A stretch of DNA of 64,000 nucleotides, taken from the NCBI GenBank assembly GCA_026988025.1, contig JALSMB010000008.1:1335-65334 (forward strand), written 5' to 3'. Source of the DNA: Candidatus Altimarinota bacterium. Its GTDB lineage: Bacteria > Patescibacteriota > Gracilibacteria > BD1-5 > UBA6164. Under the pieces are notes generated by a model. That model did not search any database and was not told the origin of the DNA. It was given only the letters and a program-made list of their open reading frames with translations. Position 1 is the first letter of the stretch; every line of letters starts with the position of its first letter. This document shows, piece after piece, positions 24,099 through 36,587 of the stretch. Position numbers and translations under genes: made by a program.

Positions 24099-25328
24099 AT
24101 GCTTAAAAAATATATATTTGATACACATAGAATATGTTCTCCAAAAGAAACAGTTACACATGTTTTAAAAATAATAAAAAACACTTGAATTATAAATGAT
24201 ACTAATTTAAAAATATATTCAATAGGAGAATTGGATATTTTTAATGAATATGTATATTCAATATCCTCAAATATATGAAAAAGAAATAATTGGTGAAAAT
24301 GACTTACTAAGTATCAAGCATTAGCAAGTGCATTAATGGAATTTTCAGAAAGATATTCATGGTATAAAATAATTGAAAAAATTAATAATCAGAAAAAAAA
24401 TAAATTGATTAATATTAATGATAGAGAAGTATTAGATATTGATAAATTAATTTTAACAAATTCAGATAAAATAAAAAAAATAGAAAATATTAATTATTTT
24501 GATAATATATATATGAATTATATTGAGTGAATATCATTAATCACGAATAAAAAAATATTAATTCCTTGGTATGAACCTGAATTTATGACTACTAATTCTT
24601 TATGAGCCTGAAATAATAAAGAAGAAGCAACTATACATGCCATTTATGAAACAATTGAAAGACATAATCATAATGTTATGATGGCTAATCATGTTTTACC
24701 TTTATTAATAAATGATAATACCATAACTAATAGTAATATTATAAAATTGATAAATAAAATAAAATTATTAGGTTTTGAAGTTTATTTATTAGATTGTTCG
24801 TTTAATTTTAATATTAATACAATATGAGCAATAGTATATAATAAAAATTTTCAGTTCGTTGAACATTATTCGATGAATTTTCATTTATGAACACATAGTG
24901 ATAAAGATATTGCTATTATAAGAGCTTTAACAGAAGTTATTCAAAATAGGGCAACTAATTTTGATAATAATAAAAGTTCTATTTATAAAGAAGCAGATAA
25001 TATGATTTTAGATGAAAATAATATATCTAAAATAGTTAAATTTTATTTAGAAAATATTAGAAATAATAATTTAGAAATTATTAATTATAAAAATATTATA
25101 AATTATAATTTTAGTGATTTATGATTAGAGCTTGAATATATATTAAATGAATTAAAAAATAAATGACATGATGTTTTTTTAATAGATATTACTAATGATA
25201 AATTAAAAATACCTGCTGTTAGAGTTGTTATTCCATGATTACAACCAATGTTGTTTGAATTATTTGATGATTTTAATAATAAGAATATTAGACTATCAGA
25301 ATATATTGATAATGGATTTATAACATAA
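24099..25328 (+). CDS. YcaO-domain protein (ATP-dependent peptide backbone-modifying enzyme)
   Basis: WGKGLTKYQALASALMEFSERYSW and TTNSLGAGNNKEEATIHAIYETIERH are the canonical YcaO blocks. Confidence 0.85.
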
Positions 25329-25338
25329 ATAATTTATA

Positions 25339-26496
25339 ATGAGTATTTTTTTAAATGAAGTTGATAGTTATATATATATAAAATATTGTGAAAATTATTT
25401 ATATAATATATCTAGATTAAATAATATTTTTTTAACTGCTCCTTTTTTTTACTTTAGAAATGATTTTTTATTAAAGTTATACATAAATAAAAGTATAAAG
25501 ATAAGTAGTTTTATAGAAAAAAATAATAAAAAATATATGTTTTTAATTGATCAGGGTTGATTTGTTAAAAATCCAGAATTTTTAAACAATTATGAATTAT
25601 TTAAAATTAAAAAAATATTAAAATCCAATCCTTTAGATTTTTATGCATTATCTGCATATATAATATATCACTATAATAATGTTGATTTAAATTTATGAGA
25701 ATATTTTGATAGATTTTTTGAAATAGAACCTAATAATCCTCATATGTTATTAAGGTTATCTAGATATCAAGCTAGTACATTATATAAGAAGTATAATTAT
25801 GATAAAAAATATTTAATTTTATGAAAAAACAATATCTTAAAATTATTACGAGAATTTAAAAAATATAATAAGAGTGATGAAATTCCAACATTTTCATATT
25901 CGTGGTTATGATTCATAGAAGAAGAATTATGAAATTATAATGAAGCAATAAGATTATATGATTATACAATAAAATTAAATAAATGAATATCAATAGATGT
26001 TCCAGAACCATATGTTTGGAAATGATTTACTTTAAATAAATTGTTAAAATATACGGAAAGTTTAGATTTATTATTAAAATTAGAACAAGATGATAAAATA
26101 AATGAATATAATGATAAAAGAGATTTTAGATTATATAAGGTTATTTCAGATAATTATTATAATTTATGAGAATATAAATTATTTTATAAGAATTTAAAAA
26201 TAACCATAGAAAAATTTTTAGAAGTATTTAGTTTTCATTTTAATAACTGAAATTATATTTTAGATAAAAATAATTTTAAATTAATATTTAATAATAGATT
26301 AGATATTAATTCTTATAATTCTTTTTTAGATTATAATAAAATGTATATAAAAAGTAATATAGATTATATTATATTTGGAATATCTTTTTTATATAATAAA
26401 AAATTGATCTGAAAAAAAATTACATTTAATGATAGTAGAGGGATAGAAAGACTTTGTTTTAATTATTTAGAGTTAATTTATGAGTGAAAAATATAA
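25339..26496 (+). CDS. TPR-like helical repeat protein (hypothetical)
   Basis: 385 codons with a repetitive helix-pair pattern (e.g. GNYNEAIRLYDYTIKLN, GEYKLFYKNLKITIE). Overlaps the next gene by 17 nt. Confidence 0.45.
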
Positions 26497-27367
26497 TATA
26501 TTAATAGAATATATTCTTTACCTAAGAGATAGAAATCCAGATAAAGATTGGGGACATATATGGTGATGGACTACTATATATAGTTATTGTAGATGGAATA
26601 AAAATGAAGAAAGATTAATAGAAGAGTGAAAAAAATTATTGAAAGATAAAACAGAAGATATTTTTATTAAAATGATTCAAGAATGGTATGATTGAAAGTT
26701 TGAAAGAAAATATCTAAAAAAATATGAAGAAAAATTTAGTGATAATTATTTATATAATTTTATATATTGAATTTCTTTTGATAAAGCTACAGATAAAATT
26801 TATTATTTTAGGTTTTCAGAAAAATTAGATTTAATTTGACTTAAATATTTATTAAAATCTTATAAACAAAATTCAAATTATTTATTTACAAATATAGCAC
26901 TTTGAAGTTACTATCAACATAATCAGAAGTTTGACTTGGCTTATAAATTTTACTTAAATGATTTAAAATTAGATAAAGATAATCCTTGGGTTTTAGCTAA
27001 GTTAGCTATCCTATATTCTTCTATGTGATATTGAGAAAAATGATTATTAAAGGCTGAAGAAACTATGAGAAAGGTAATTACGTTACTTCCAGATATTCCT
27101 TGGGCTAATGCTTGGTATTGAGAAACACTTAATATGATTTGAAAATATGTAGAAGCTTTAAAATATTTTGAAAAATATGAAAAATTGACTCAGTGAAAAC
27201 ATAGAACTTTTGAACCTTTTATGAGAAAAACTGAATCTTATATTTGATTATGAGATTTTAAAGAAGCAAGATTTGAATTAGATAAAGAAAGTAAATATTA
27301 CTTTTGAGAATGATATAGATTTGTGTATAATGATTTAGATAAAAAATTAGAAAAATTATGATATTAA
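26480..27367 (+). CDS. TPR-like helical repeat protein (hypothetical)
   Basis: QKFDLAYKFYLNDLKLDKDNPWVLAKLAILY, GKYVEALKYFEKYEKL and GDFKEARFELDKE have a TPR-type A/Y/L periodicity. Confidence 0.5.
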
Positions 27368-27381
27368 TAAAATAAATTATT

Positions 27382-29292
27382 ATGCCTGATATAGCTCTAT
27401 GGTCAGCTTGTGATCATAAATGTACAATGTGTTCAAATTCAGTTGATTATATAGAAACAATAAGTGATTATTCATTTGAGGCTATCAAAAATAGAATTGA
27501 TGGCTTTGTTTGAGGTGATGATAGAAATTTTCATAGATTTCCAGATTTAAAAGATGATTGGACTATTACAGGTTGAGAACCAACATTAAATCCAGATTAT
27601 TACAAAATTTTAAGATATTTAAGGGAAAAATTTCCAAACTCTAAATTAGTTCAACTTACTCATTGAGATAGATTTTCTGATATTGAATTTACAAAAGATA
27701 TAGTGAGTTTATCTAATTATCATCTAGTTTTTCCTATACATTGATATAATAAAAAATCTCATGAAGCCATTGTAAGAAAGGAGTGAAGTTGGGAGGCTTT
27801 AATTAAATGAATATATAATGTTTTAAAATATAAAAGATTTGAGGATCAAACATTTGAAATAAGAATAATTATACAGTGACAGAATTATAAACATCTTGAT
27901 AAAATTTACGAATTTATATATAAATATTTTCCACAAGTTGATAGTATTGTTTCAATAATGATGGAATATGAATGACAGGCAATTGATAATAAAAACTTAA
28001 CTTCTGTTAATTATAATTATGTTTATGAGATAAATGAAAAAATATTTTTAAAGTATTGAAAAATATTTGGTGTAAATAAATTTAAATTATATCATTTTCC
28101 TTTATGTACATTAAAAAATCCAGAACTTTGGAAATATATGTGGAGAACATTACCTAGCCATGAAATTAATTTTGTATGAAAGTGTAGTACGTGTAAATTA
28201 TCTAAATATTGTATGTGAATTCATGAAACTTATTGTAAATTTAACTGAGAGGATGAAATAAAACCTTTTAAAATGAAAGATTTAGGTAATATAAAAATTA
28301 TTGAGAATTATGATAATTTTAGGTTCAACCCAATAAAAGAAGTGGAAATAAAAAATAATTGATGGAAAAGATGAAAAAAAACAGTAATTTTTACTTGATA
28401 TTGATGTAATAATATATGTAGGTTTTGTATTGATTTAAATAAAAGAGATATAGAACATACAACAAAACAAATATTAAAAGATATACTTATAGCAAAACAA
28501 AATTGAACTACTATTCTTGAAATAATATGAGGGGAAGTAACTATTAGAAAAGATTTTTTTATAATAATGCAATTTATAAAGTCTATGAATTTTAATCATG
28601 TTTATATGGTTACTAATTGAAATAAATTAGCTGATTATAATTTCGCAGAAAAATTTTATAATATGTGAGTTTTAGATTCAATAGTTTTTTCTATTCATTG
28701 AAGCTATTTAGAATTACATGATTTATTAGTTGCTACTCCTAAATCTTTTGAAAAATTATTAAAGTGAATAAAAAATTGGCAAGATTTATGATTTAATAAA
28801 AGAAAAATAGGTACTAATACTGCTATTGAAAAATGAAATTATAAAGATTTATTAAATATATGAAAATTAGTTAAAAAATTATGATGTTTAGGGAGTTCAG
28901 AGTTTATTTTTGCTGATCCAAATGTTTGATGAGTTCATGATAATTTTGAAGAATTAATGCCAAAAATTTTAGAATCAGCTCCTTATATGAGAGAATTACT
29001 TGATTGGTGAAATAGTAATGATATGATATATAGAGTAAGATATGTTCCTCTTTGTTATTTTGAAGATTATTTAGATAATAATATTTCAGAACTAAAAGAA
29101 ATTGAGATTTATTCTAATGTTACTCATAGTGCACCAGATTTTAATAATAGTGATGTGGTTGAGTGAAGAAAAAATTCATGAAGAGTTAAAACAAAAAAAT
29201 GTACAGATTGTAAGTTATTTGATAAATGTGAATGAATCTGGAAAACATATTATGAAAAACTTTGAGATGAAGAATTATTACCAATAAAATAA
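27382..29292 (+). CDS. Didomain radical SAM protein (two HxsC-like modules fused)
   Basis: Frame verified across the junction. Module 1 has WSACDHKCTMCSNS, ITGGEPTL and CSTCKLSKYCMG. Module 2 has TGYGCNNICRFCID, IIGGEVTI and CTDCKLFDKCEG. Confidence 0.8.
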
Positions 29293-29297
29293 TAATT

Positions 29298-29828
29298 ATG
29301 TTAGATGAGAAAGATTATAAATATAAAAAATTAATTCATTTTTTAAATTTATCAAAAGTAAACTTAATATGGTATATAAAAAATTCAAATAATATTATTA
29401 TATATAAAGATTATATTTATTTAAATGGTATTTATTTTTATTTGGATGACTTATACATAGAATGAAATAATGTTGATATATGGAATTACAAATGAAAAAC
29501 ATATTTTACTTATAATGCTGCTATTAGAGAAATAAATAAAATAGGAAAAAGACTTCTTTGAAAAAATGATTGGAAGAATTTAATTGATTTTTTACCAGGT
29601 AATATAGAGAATAAGATTATTTTTTTAAAGGATATTTTATGATTGTCTTTTTTTTGATTTAAATGCCGGGATAATTGATTTTATTGTAATTTTGGAAATG
29701 ATTGATGATATTGGTCTTTAGATTGTACTGAAACTCATGCTTATAATTTACATATAAGTAAAAATATTATAAATTTTAATGATTTAGAATTTAAAGATAT
29801 CTGATTTTTGGTTCGTTGTATAAAATAA
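29298..29828 (+). CDS. FISUMP-domain protein (Fibrobacter succinogenes major paralogous domain-like)
   Basis: YFTYNAAIREINKIGKRLLGKNDWKNLIDFL ... GGYWSLDCTETHAYNLHI ... GFLVRCIK, including the characteristic VRC-x-K ending. Confidence 0.55.
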
Positions 29829-29842
29829 TTATTGTTATAAGT

Positions 29843-30682
29843 ATGAAAAAATATATAGATCATCTTGTTCCTATAAATAATGTATGTAACCAAGCATGCA
29901 ATTTTTGTAGTGCTGAGTATAGAATGAAAACAAATAAATCCATTCCTTTAAAAACTATATTTAAACAAATTTTAGAAAAAGATAATTATATACAAATTTC
30001 AGGTTGAGAGCCTCTTCTTAGTAAAGATTTATATAATATTTTATATTTTATAAAAAAGCAAAAATCTAGATGTTTTATAGAATTTCAAACTAATTGAGTT
30101 TTTTTATTACAAAATTCTAATTTAGATAAATTACAAAAATTTTGAATAAATTTATATAATATCAATTATCCATGCCATATTGAAAAAATAAATGATGAGA
30201 TAGTTAGGTGAAAATGAAGTTTTCATCCTAGAGAAAAATCTATGAGGGAAATTATTAAAAGATGATTAAATTTAAGAATTAATATTATTGTAAATACTAT
30301 TAATTTTAAATATTTACCAAGTATGGTAGATTACATAAATAAAAATTTCAGTTGACTTGAAAGAATACAATTTAGTTTCACAAAAGCTATGTGAGCAGCA
30401 AATAAAAATGATGAAGTGGTGCCTAAATATGAAGATACTGAGGAATATTTTATAGATGCTCTGGCAAAATGTAAAAAATATAATATAATAGCAGATGTAG
30501 ACCATATTCCTATATGTTTCTTATGAAAATATTTTAAAAATCATGTAGATTATAGTAAATTAAAAAGATGAGAGAAGTGAGTTTTTTTAGTAGAAAAACA
30601 TTATGTAAAAAGATGTAACTTGTGTAATAAAAAGAATTTATGTACAGGTTTTAGAAAAGATTATTTAGAAATTTATAATTAA
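29843..30682 (+). CDS. Radical SAM protein (HxsC-like architecture)
   Basis: INNVCNQACNFCSAE, ISGGEPLL and a C-terminal CNLCNKKNLCTG. An alternative upstream ATG lies at 29816. Confidence 0.75.
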
Positions 30683-30684
30683 AA

Positions 30685-30852
30685 ATGATTAATATAATAA
30701 AAAAAATAGTTTTGATAATTAAACAATATTTTTTTGTACCAATATTGATTTTGATATTATACCCAATATATATATTATTATTTTTTTTATTTAGAAAATA
30801 TTTTATATCTACAATAATTAAAGTATCATGAAATATAAAAAGAATGTATTAA
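30685..30852 (+). CDS. Small hydrophobic protein (55 aa)
   Basis: MINIIKKIVLIIKQYFFVPILILILYPIYILLFFLFRKYF. Overlaps the carbamoyltransferase start. Confidence 0.35.
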
Positions 30853-32549
30853 AAAAATATTATTTATGATTATCTTGTTTTTTTCATGATTCTTCAGTTT
30901 CATTTATTGATGAATCATGAAAAATCTTATATTCATCATTAGAAGAAAGATTTTCAAAAATAAAACACGATAGTTCATTTCCATATAAATCTTTAGAATA
31001 TTGATTTATATATCTTAATATTAATTTAAATGATATTAATGAAGTTTTTTTTTATGAAAAACCATTGTTAAGATTTTTTTTAGATTTAAAATCAATTTCT
31101 ATTTTTTACCCATTTAGTTTTTATTTCTTTTTTAATTTTTTAAGAAATTTTTTTAAAAATTATAATGAATTAAATTCATATTTTTGTAAATATAAATGAG
31201 AAATTAACTATATTGATCATCATATTTCTCATGCTAGTCTAAGTTATTATTTGTCAAATTTTTCTAACTCTTGAATTTTAGTAGTTGATTGAGTTTGAGA
31301 TAATTCAACAATTTCTTTATATGAATGAAATAAAAAAGAAATAACTTTATTAAATGAAGTATATTTCCCAAATTCAATTTGATTATTATATTCACTTTTT
31401 ACTATTTTTTGTTGATTTGAAGCTAATGAATGAGAATATAAAATGATGTGATTAGCTTCTTATTGAAAACCTATATATGTTGATAAAATCTATCTTTTAA
31501 TAAAGAATAATAATATAAATGAATTTGAATTAGATATAAGTTATTTTAATTTTTCATCATTTAAAAACCCATTTAAAAAGAAATTTATAAAATTATTTTG
31601 AATATGAAGGAAAAAAGGCTCTAATATTGATATATATTATAAGGATATAGCATCTAGTATCCAAAAAGTATTAGAAGATATAATTATTAAATATTTAATA
31701 ATTATTAAATATAAATATGATTTTAATAATATGTGTTTTTGATGATGAGTTTTTTTAAATTGTAAATTAAATAAAGAGATTTATGATAAAAATATTTTTA
31801 ATAATATTTTTATTCCACCTAACCCTTGAGATTGATGAAATAGTTTAGGAGCAGTTTTATATTGATTTAACAGTATAAATAATACAAATAAAAAGATATC
31901 GTATAGAAAAATAGATTATATATTTTGATGATATAATATTGATATTGAAGTTAATATTGATAGTAAAATAAGTAATTATAAATATGATAAATTTGATATA
32001 AATGATGATGAAGAGTATTTTTCAATAATTTTTAATTATTTAAAAAATGAAAAAATTGTTTCTTTAATACAATGAAGTGCTGAATTTTGACCAAGAGCTT
32101 TATGAAATAGAAGTATAATATCTTCACCATTTAATAGTGAGATGAAAGATAAATTAAATAAGATTAAATGAAGGGAATTCTTTAGACCTTTTGCTCCTGT
32201 TGTTTTAGATGAAGATTTTAATAATAATTTTATTTGAAATATAGATTCTCCATATATGATGTATTTAGATGAGTTAAAAAATAGTAAATTATCTGCTATT
32301 ACTCATGTTGATAATACAGCTAGAACACAGGTACTTAAAAGTAATAATAATAATAATAATTTTCTATATTTATTATTAAAATATTATAAAAAATATACAT
32401 GATTTTGAGTATTGCTTAATACCTCATTTAACATGTGATGAGAGGTAATGGTAAATAATATTGATGATGCATTATTTACGTTTAAAAGAACTAATATTTC
32501 TTTATTAGTTATAAATAAAGGTAATAAAATATATATATTATATAAATAA
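30828..32549 (+). CDS. Carbamoyltransferase (NodU/CmcH family)
   Basis: LGLSCFFHDSSVSFIDESGKILYSSLEERFSKIKHD, DHHISHASLSYY, VVDGVGDNST, EYKMMGLASYG, AEFGPRALGNRSII, KGREFFRPFAPVV, THVDNTARTQV and NTSFNMGGEVMV. Confidence 0.9.
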
Positions 32550-32562
32550 TTAATTTATTATT

Positions 32563-33591
32563 ATGAAAAATAAACTTTTTAAATTATTATTAATGGTTTT
32601 ATGAATATTGTTTGCTTTATTTATCTTTGAATTTTGATTAAGAGTTTTTTTTGTTAACTGAATTTTTAATGAAAATGAAATTATAAATGATTCAAATAAA
32701 AATATGAAACATAATTTCGAAAAATGATCAGCAGAAGATAGTTGAAAATATTATGAATATTTTTGAGAAGAAATATATTTTTGGTATGAAGATAAATATA
32801 AATATCTTCATACCAAATCAGATAAAAAAAATATAGCTATTATTTGAGATTCTGTTGCTCAATGAGATACTGGATGAATGTCCAATTTTAAATTCTCAAA
32901 AATTATTAATGATGAAAATTGAAAATTGAATATTTTAAATTATTCTAGATGATGACATAATATTTCACAAGAGTATGTTCAATATGAACAATTTATTAAA
33001 GAAAATGATAATATAGATACAGTTATATATATATATTATAATAATGATTTATATTTTTCTAATATGATTAATGGATCAATATATACTTCTCCAATAATAA
33101 TTGATAATAGTTCATGAGACTTAGTTATAGAATTAATAGGTAATGAAAAAATAGATGCTTTTTTATCACATTTTTATATATATAAATATATTGCTAAAAA
33201 ATATTCATTAATTTTTAAAAAATTTGTTAATATTAAAGATTATAGGAAAATATATTATAATAATACTTATGGATATGAGGATTATTTAATAAATAGATTT
33301 TTAATGTATGTTAAGGACATAAATAATAGTTGTAAAGATAGTTGAAAAAAGTTTATTATATTAATTTCACCTACTCCAAAATTAATTAATGTAAATAATA
33401 ATTTTGATAAATATTTTATGCAAGATAATAGAGTTTATAAAAAGTTAAAAGCAGCTTGAATTAATGTATATAATTTATATGATTATGATGTACATAAAAA
33501 AGACTATTTTATTGATAATTGTTGTCATTTAAATAAGAAATGACATATTTATTATTCTAATTTCATAAAAAACATAGTATGAAACCAATAA
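32563..33591 (+). CDS. SGNH/GDSL-type hydrolase or acyltransferase, membrane-anchored
   Basis: N-terminal TM helix, block I IAIIGDSVAQGDTG and block V IDNCCHLNKKGH (DxxH). Confidence 0.6.
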
Positions 33592-33728
33592 TTAAAGAAC
33601 TACTTTTATTTATAAAAGAAAAAAAATTAACATTTTTATATCCTTTTTTATTAATATTATTAATTTTAATAAGCATAGTTATAATTTGAGAAAATATTGC
33701 TCCTTCAATAGTACTTTATAGTTTTTAG
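33579..33728 (+). CDS. DUF5989-like small membrane protein
   Basis: MKPIIKELLLFIKEKKLTFLYPFLLILLILISIVIIGENIAPSIVLYSF has the pattern typical of the about 50-aa proteins that accompany carbamoyltransferase genes. Confidence 0.55.
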
Positions 33729-33736
33729 AAAGAATA

Positions 33737-34417
33737 ATGAATAAAAATATAACTATTATAATTCCAATATATAATGAAAAAGATAATATTAGAGTATTAT
33801 TAGAAGAAATAATAAAAATGTATAAATGAATTAATATCTTAGTTGTAAATGATTGATCAATAGATAATGTAGAATTACTTTTAAAAAAAATTAATTATAA
33901 AAGATTTAATTATATTAATAATGTGCTTAATAAGTGATTAACATATTCTATTATAAAATGAATTAAAAATGTAAATACAAATTATTTTATTGTTATGGAT
34001 TGAGATTTACAACATCCTGTTAAATATATTAATAATTTTATTTTATTATTAGAAAAATGATATGATGTTGTAATTTGAAATAGAAAAAATATTTTTTTTA
34101 AAAATAATTATTATAGAAATTTATTTTCTAAATTATGAAATATTTTAGTTAATTTTAAATTATGAAATAATAAAATAAAAGACCCATTAACTTGATTTTT
34201 TTGAGGTAATACAAAGTTTTTTATAAATAATATTAGTATAAATAAAAAAAGATTTATTAATAAATGATATAAATTTTTATTTGAATTTTTGAAGTGTATT
34301 GATATAAAAAAAATAAAAATATATAATTTTTATTTTGAATTTTTAAATAGAAGATTTTGAAAATCAAAATTATGAATAAGGGAATATTTGAGTTTTATTT
34401 TATGATTAATTAAATAA
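33737..34417 (+). CDS. Family 2 glycosyltransferase (polyprenyl-phosphate sugar synthase-like)
   Basis: ITIIIPIYNEKDNI, LVVNDGSIDN and FIVMDGDLQHP (DxD). Confidence 0.8.
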
Positions 34418-34420
34418 AAA

Positions 34421-36061
34421 ATGTTAGATTTTTTATTAAAGTATATAAATAATGATTTGTTTATATGGAGTATAACCTGATATTGAATATTGATTTTATT
34501 TATATGACTTTGATTTTGATTTCTATTTATAAGAAAAGATTTATTTTTTTTTCTAAAAAAATATATATCTAAAAAAGATTTGGTATTAATATTTTTTTTA
34601 TTTGTATTTTCTTTAATTATAAGAGTCTATTTTTTGGATAATTCTCTTATAACAATGAATGATGAGTTTATGTATACTCAGCATGCAAGAGAGTTAATGG
34701 AAACTTGAAAAATATTATCACCTATTAGATCAGTTTGATGGAGTTTTTTGTTAGTATTTCCTTTTAGTATATTTTGAGTTTCAAGTTATATATGATTTTA
34801 TTTTTCAATATTTTTATGAAGTTTAACAGTAGTAATATTATATTTATTATTAAAAATAATTTTTGATAATAAAATTATTTCTTTTTATCCAGCATTATTA
34901 TTATCTATTTTGCCATTTCATGTATTTTGGTCTACTAAAATGGAAACAAATCTGTCATCACTTTTATTTATAGTAATAACAATATTATTTTTCATAATAT
35001 ATAGTCAAACTAAAAATATAAAAATATTTTATTTTACTATATTATTAACATTATTTTCTACAACTTTTAGATGAGAAAATATACCAGTATTAATATTATA
35101 TTTATTTTTATTAACAATAGTAAATTATAAACAAATATATTTAAATAAAAAGAATCTTTTTATATCTTTATTAACTTTTTTTATTTGAATAATAACTGTT
35201 TTACCTAATTATGTAAATCAATATAATTTTTCTACTTCTAAGGATTGGACATATTGAGAATGAAGTAATTTTTGATTAAATAATATTTTTTCTAATATAC
35301 ATTATTTTCTAAATTGATTTTTAAATAATAACTTATATTTTTATTATAATTATATAGTTATATTTTGAGTATTGCTTTTATTTTATAATTTATATTTTTG
35401 AGTTTTTAGAAAAATAAAGAAAGAAGTTTTTATTTTAATAACTCCTTTTGTTTTATTATTTTTTTTATATAATTTTATATGGTTAAAATATGTAGCACAA
35501 GAATCAAGATTATATATGGAAATTTATCCATTATATGGAATGTTTTTTTGATTTGCAGTATACAGTTTTATAACTTTTTTTAAAAATAATTTTATTAAAT
35601 ATTTAGTTACTTTTATTTTATTTCTACTTACTATTTGAAATTTATATAACACATATTGATATTCTAATAAATCAGATTATAAATATTTACAAACAATTGT
35701 TAGTAATACTTTTAATTATGATATTTATATAAAAAATAAAAAATGTATTTATATATTATATCAAAATACTTATTATACAGCATTTGTAGATATTCCATAT
35801 ACAAATATTTATGAGTTTTTATATAATAAAAAATTACAAAATGATATTTTAAATAAATTCAATTGTATAATATATATAAAAGATAAATTTGCTTTGGATG
35901 AATCTAGTTGAGAACATTTTTTTTGACCAGATTGAAATAAGTCAAATTTTTATTTTGATGAAGTAGAAAGTAATAATTTATTTAAATTTAGAGAAATAAA
36001 AATATATAAATATAATAATATTGAATATTGATTTTATAAATTAAGTAAAAATAATGACTAA
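34421..36061 (+). CDS. GT-C fold membrane glycosyltransferase (ArnT/PMT-like)
   Basis: More than 10 hydrophobic helices. The first loop RVYFLDNSLITMNDEFMYTQHAREL resembles GT-C acidic loop 1. Sits directly after the GT2 gene. Confidence 0.55.
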
Positions 36062-36587
36062 AAATAAAATAATAGAATTATTTGATAATGAAAAATATAA
36101 GGAGGTTTATAAATTAACTAATCCTTATAATAAAGATATTATTCTAGATTACGAGATATTATATTTTTTGAAATCAAAGTTAGTTTTAGATGATTTTAAG
36201 ATTAATAATAGTAATGAAATAAAAAAGATATTATTTTATTATTTTTATTTATTGTGAAAAATAAAATTTGAAAATAATTATAGTTTTTATTTTAAGAAGG
36301 AATTATTAAAACTTGATTTTAATAATTTAGAAAAGGATTTAAATTCATTAAAAGATTTCAAACAATATTTTGAATTGTGAAAAAATAAAGTATTTTTAAA
36401 TAAAATTATTGATAAAACTTTAAAAAATAATAATAAAATGGAATTTAGACAATGATCTAAAGAGGTTTATAATATTATTGATTTTTTTATAGAATTCACT
36501 AAAGAATGTTCTGAACTATATGCTTTTTCTTGAGAGCATTTTCCTTTATTTAAATGGCTTATTAATGAATTATCAGATGAAAAATAA
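36054..36587 (+). CDS. Hypothetical protein
   Basis: 177-codon ORF that overlaps both neighbours by 8-11 nt. Confidence 0.45.
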
